From Octopus vulgaris (lineage: Eukaryota), in NCBI GenBank assembly GCA_951406725.2, contig CATOCA020000094.1, positions 1 through 6,276 of the forward strand: a stretch of 6,276 nucleotides of DNA, read 5' to 3'. The notes beneath the pieces were generated by a model. That model saw nothing but the letters and a program-made list of their open reading frames with translations, was not told where the DNA came from and searched no databases. The position numbers and the translations under genes are program-made. Position 1 is the first letter of the stretch. Every line of letters starts with the position of its first letter. Positions 1 through 6,276 of the stretch are shown here, piece after piece.

Positions 1-770
1 GTAAAAACGTTATTTAATCTTAGGCTAATTAGGAGATAGAGTATCTGAAAATATGTTAACAATATTACAATTATATTAAAGTGTGGGTAATAATCGTTAT
101 TTAATCTTGGGGCTAATTAGAAGGTAGAGTATTCAAAAATATATTAAAGTGTGGGTGAAAAAGTTAAAGTGTGGGTAAAAACGTTATTTAATCTTAAGGC
201 TAATTAGAGGATAGAGTATCTGAAAATATGTTAACAATATTACAATTATATTAAAGTGTGGGTAATAATCGTTATTTAATCTTGAGGCTAATTAGAAGGT
301 AGAGCATCCAAAAATATATTAAAGTGTGGGTGAAAAAGTTAAAGTTAAAGTGTGGGTAAAACGTTATTTAATCTTAAGGCTAATTAGAGGATAGAGTATC
401 TGAAAATATGTTAACAATATTACAGTTATATTAAAGTGTGGGTAATAATTGTTATTTAATCTTGAGGCTAATTAGAAGGTAGAGCATCCAAAAATATATT
501 AAAGTGTGGGTGAAAAACGTTATTTAATCTTAAGGCTAATTAGAGGATAGAGTATCTGAAAATATATTAACAAATATTTAAAATGTGGGTAAAAAGGCTA
601 ATTAGAAAGATATTAGAGTGTGGGTAAAAAATTAGATGTTAAAGTGTGGGTAATAAACGTTGTTTATTCTTAGGCTAATTAGAAGATAGAGTATCTGAAA
701 AATTATTAACAATAAACAGTATTAAACGTTATTTAATCTTAAGGCTAATTAGAAGATGGAGTATCTGAAA
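1..770. repeat. Tandem satellite/minisatellite array, ~174-180 bp higher-order unit (A ~87 bp + B ~68 bp + C ~19-25 bp), degenerating after ~570; probably continues left of the window
   Basis: ACGTTATTTAATCTT starts units at 7, 181, 361 and 517 (periods 174, 180, 156). Partial or variant units start at 657 and 726. B subunits start at 95, 270 and 450. Positions 181-340 and 361-516 are nearly identical. TTAAAGTGTGGGT occurs 9 times exactly plus 2 variants, and CTAATTAG occurs 10 times. Confidence 0.93.
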
Positions 771-830
771 GAGGTAAGAAAGAGGGGAAAGATTAGTTAT
801 CTATATAAAGTTCGTGAAAGTTCACGTCCA

Positions 831-906
831 TGCATATATACGCATACATATATACATACACGCACACACACATACATACACGTGCACACACATACACATA
901 TACACA
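831..906. repeat. Compound (CA)n/(TA)n/(TACA)n microsatellite
   Basis: Directly visible alternating purine-pyrimidine tract tgcatatatacgcatacatatatacatacacgcacacacacatacatacacgtgcacacacatacacatatacaca, followed by a GA-rich low-complexity tract (907-950). Confidence 0.85.
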
Positions 907-946
907 GACGGGGAGAGAAGGAAGGTGGAAAAAAAGAAAGAAAATG

Positions 947-1046
947 AGTGAAAATATATTAAAATATATATATATTTTAAAGTGTGAAGAAAGGGTTATT
1001 TAATTTTGAAGCCAAGTTCGAGACAGTTATTGAAATGTAAACAAAC
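947..1046 (+). repeat. Highly diverged orphan monomer of the 1-770 satellite
   Basis: ttaaagtgtgaagaaagggttatttaattttgaagccaagtt (977-1018) aligns by eye to the satellite ttaaagtgtgggtgaaaaacgttatttaatcttgaggctaatt. It is followed by tgaaatgtaaacaa, resembling tgaaaatatgttaacaa. Confidence 0.6.
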
Positions 1047-1466
1047 AAAAAAAAAAAATAGCGATCGTAGACTTTAACGGAGATGTGGGCTTAGGTTATA
1101 TAAAATAGGATAATAAACAAAATATGAAATAGAAGATGAAAGTGATACTTAATCCAACGATGTGGTCTGGATTTTTCGTGGTTTTTTTTTCGTGGTTATT
1201 TTCCAGGAGATGTTTCTTTTTCCTTCTACAGTAGATTTTTTTTTCACCATGTGCGTTTTCGGTCAAAAAGAAAAAAATTTTTACTGTGTTTGGCTTCAGG
1301 CAAAATATATTACGTTTTTGATTAATATATTTGTAGCCGAAGTGTTGTAGTGGACTTTATGAGTTGAATTTGTGACTTTCAGTAGATTATTTCACCGATT
1401 TATGCACACTTTCTGCTTTTTAAACAGAGCAAAGACGATACACGACTCTCCCTGTCGGATCCGGAA

Positions 1467-2047
<581 letters not shown>

Positions 2048-3073
2048 GTTGTAGTCGAAGGAGTCAAATCCAGCCCAGCCAAAGTCAGCAGTGGTGTCCC
2101 ACAAGGCACTGTGTTGGGCCCACTTCTCTTCATCATCTACATAAATGATATTACTGACACCATCAAACACAGCAACATCAGAACCTTCGCTGATGATTCC
2201 AAGCTCAGAAGGTCATCAATGGCGTGGATGACCGAATAAACCTTCAGTCAGACCTACTGGCTGTTGTCCAATGGGCGGAAAAGAATAACATGTTGCTAAA
2301 TGAAGACAAATTCAGAACTGATCCACTTTGGAAGGGAGGACGCTCTGAAACTCCCATACTCTCTTCCTTCTGGAGAAATTCTCATGGCATCCAACAACAT
2401 CAGAGACCTGGGAGTAACAGTGGACAACAACATAAGCTGGGCTACACATATAAGCAGCAAAGTTGACATGGCCCGCAGAATGTGTTCCTGGATTCTCAGA
2501 ACCTTCCAGTCGAGAGATTCCCACGCTATTATCCTTCTCTTCTCCACTTTTGCCCGACCCCACCTTGAATACTGCTGTCCACTGTGGTCTCCCTACACAA
2601 AACAAAATATTATGAGAATTGAAGCTCCCCAAAGGTCAATCACAAAAAAGATAGATGGCATGTCAGACCTTGACTACTGGGGTAGACTAGAGAAGCTGAA
2701 ATTGTATTCACTCCAACGACGCCGTGAACGCTACATTATCTGTATGATGTGGAAAATATTCCATCAGCACTGTCCGAATGATGTTGGCATCACCTTCAAA
2801 ATGCATCCAAGGCTTGGACCACGTGCCATCCGTCCACAACAAAAATCTAAATCGCATCACATAACGACAATACGGCACAACTATTTCACCTCAATTGGAC
2901 CCGCTCTCTTCAACATTACACCAGGACACGTCAAAAAAGAAACTGACCACACAAAATTCAAGAAGTCTTTGGACAAATTCCTTCAAACAGTACCGGACAA
3001 ACCATCCACACCCGGATATGTCTCCGCAAACAATAACTCTCTGCTCGAATGGGCCTTGGTGCCCAAATCCTGA
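2048..3073 (+). pseudogene. Truncated, doubly frameshifted LINE ORF2 reverse transcriptase fragment (~341 codons reconstructed)
   Basis: Frame 2 from 2048 reads [53 protein letters not shown], with the catalytic FADD at 2186-2197. After a 1-bp deletion at ~2207, frame 1 reads [35 protein letters not shown]. After an extra A at 2314, frame 2 reads ELIHFG...IRDLGVTVD...RPHLEYCCPLWSP...LKLYSLQRRRERY...PDKPSTPGYVSANNNSLLEWALVPKS, ending at TGA 3071-3073. Track ORFs 2224..2466 and 2300..3073 are pieces of this. Confidence 0.92.
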
Positions 3074-3087
3074 ACTGAAAGACTTCG

Positions 3088-3133
3088 CCAGGTGGTGCTA
3101 TTAAGTTAGACATGGCCTGGGCCAATACTGGCC
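3088..3133 (+). other. Predicted LINE 3' UTR stem-loops (candidate RT recognition element)
   Basis: Hairpin 1: CCAGGTGGTG-CTA (3088-3100), loop TTAAGT, TAG-A-CATGGCCTGG (3107-3120), with 2 G:U pairs, 1 G:G mismatch and 1 bulge. Hairpin 2: GGCCA-ATAC-TGGCC (3120-3133). Folded by eye. CR1/L2 LINEs are known to carry 3' stem-loops before the tail repeat. Confidence 0.55.
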
Positions 3134-3141
3134 AAAAACCT

Positions 3142-3160
3142 TTCTAAGTTATTCTAAGTT

Positions 3161-3161
<1 letters not shown>
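3142..3161 (+). repeat. LINE 3' terminal tandem repeat (TTCTAAGTTA)2
   Basis: Exact copies at 3142-3151 and 3152-3161. The ATTCT core resembles the CR1 terminal repeat (ATTCTRTG)n. Confidence 0.8.

Positions 3162-6276
<3,115 letters not shown>

Noticed and set aside
76-651. GTGTGGGT as a yeast-type TG1-3 telomeric repeat
   Set aside because: The copies are dispersed within satellite monomers rather than contiguous, and no TTAGG/TTAGGG arrays are present.
1-770. CRISPR-like array or repeat array functionally linked to the RT (retron/DGR-like system)
   Set aside because: Sequences between the conserved motifs are themselves repeated, so there are no unique spacers, and there are no cas genes. 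The RT is a eukaryotic LINE fragment with its own TSD 1.3 kb away and shares no visible sequence with the array.
756-1350. ORFs 756..947 and 1162..1350, and TATA-like TATATAAAG at 802-810
   Set aside because: The ORFs are short and low-complexity (microsatellite or poly-T derived). A TATA-like match is expected by chance at this AT content, and there is no downstream gene.
1211-1466. Splice-acceptor-like sites (ttttccttctacag ending 1231; ttctgctttttaaacag ending 1427), a short direct repeat CAGTAGATT..TTTCACC (1229/1380) and palindrome CGGATCCG (1456-1463)
   Set aside because: There is no convincing exon with a donor site and no matching second terminus for a transposon end. The matches are too short to support without transcript or copy-number data.
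2296-3104. ORFs 2296..2547 (-), 2312..2632 (-) and 2895..3104 (+)
   Set aside because: These are shadow frames overlapping the RT frame, with no recognisable motifs.

Overview
This is AT-rich eukaryotic genomic DNA, probably from an invertebrate animal given the LINE type and repeat landscape. It contains no recognisable host gene. From left to right: (1) the decaying end of a ~174-180 bp satellite array built from related ~87-bp halves (1-770); (2) a short CA/TA microsatellite and ~550 bp of non-coding AT-rich sequence, including one highly diverged satellite monomer; (3) a very long (TA)n tract (1467 to beyond 6276) interrupted by a ~1.1-kb 5'-truncated CR1-group non-LTR retrotransposon (2048-3161). 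The LINE carries the C-terminal half of the reverse transcriptase (GVPQG...FADD...RDLGV...RPHLEY) with two compensating 1-bp indels, a hairpin-forming 3' UTR and a (TTCTAAGTTA)2 tail. A rare TTT interruption appears on both sides and reveals a probable ~15-19 bp target-site duplication, so the element appears to have inserted directly into the (TA)n microsatellite. The best lead is a possibly (TA)n-targeting CR1-like family, which is a hypothesis from a single locus. The YI/IH-repeat ORFs in the track are microsatellite artefacts.
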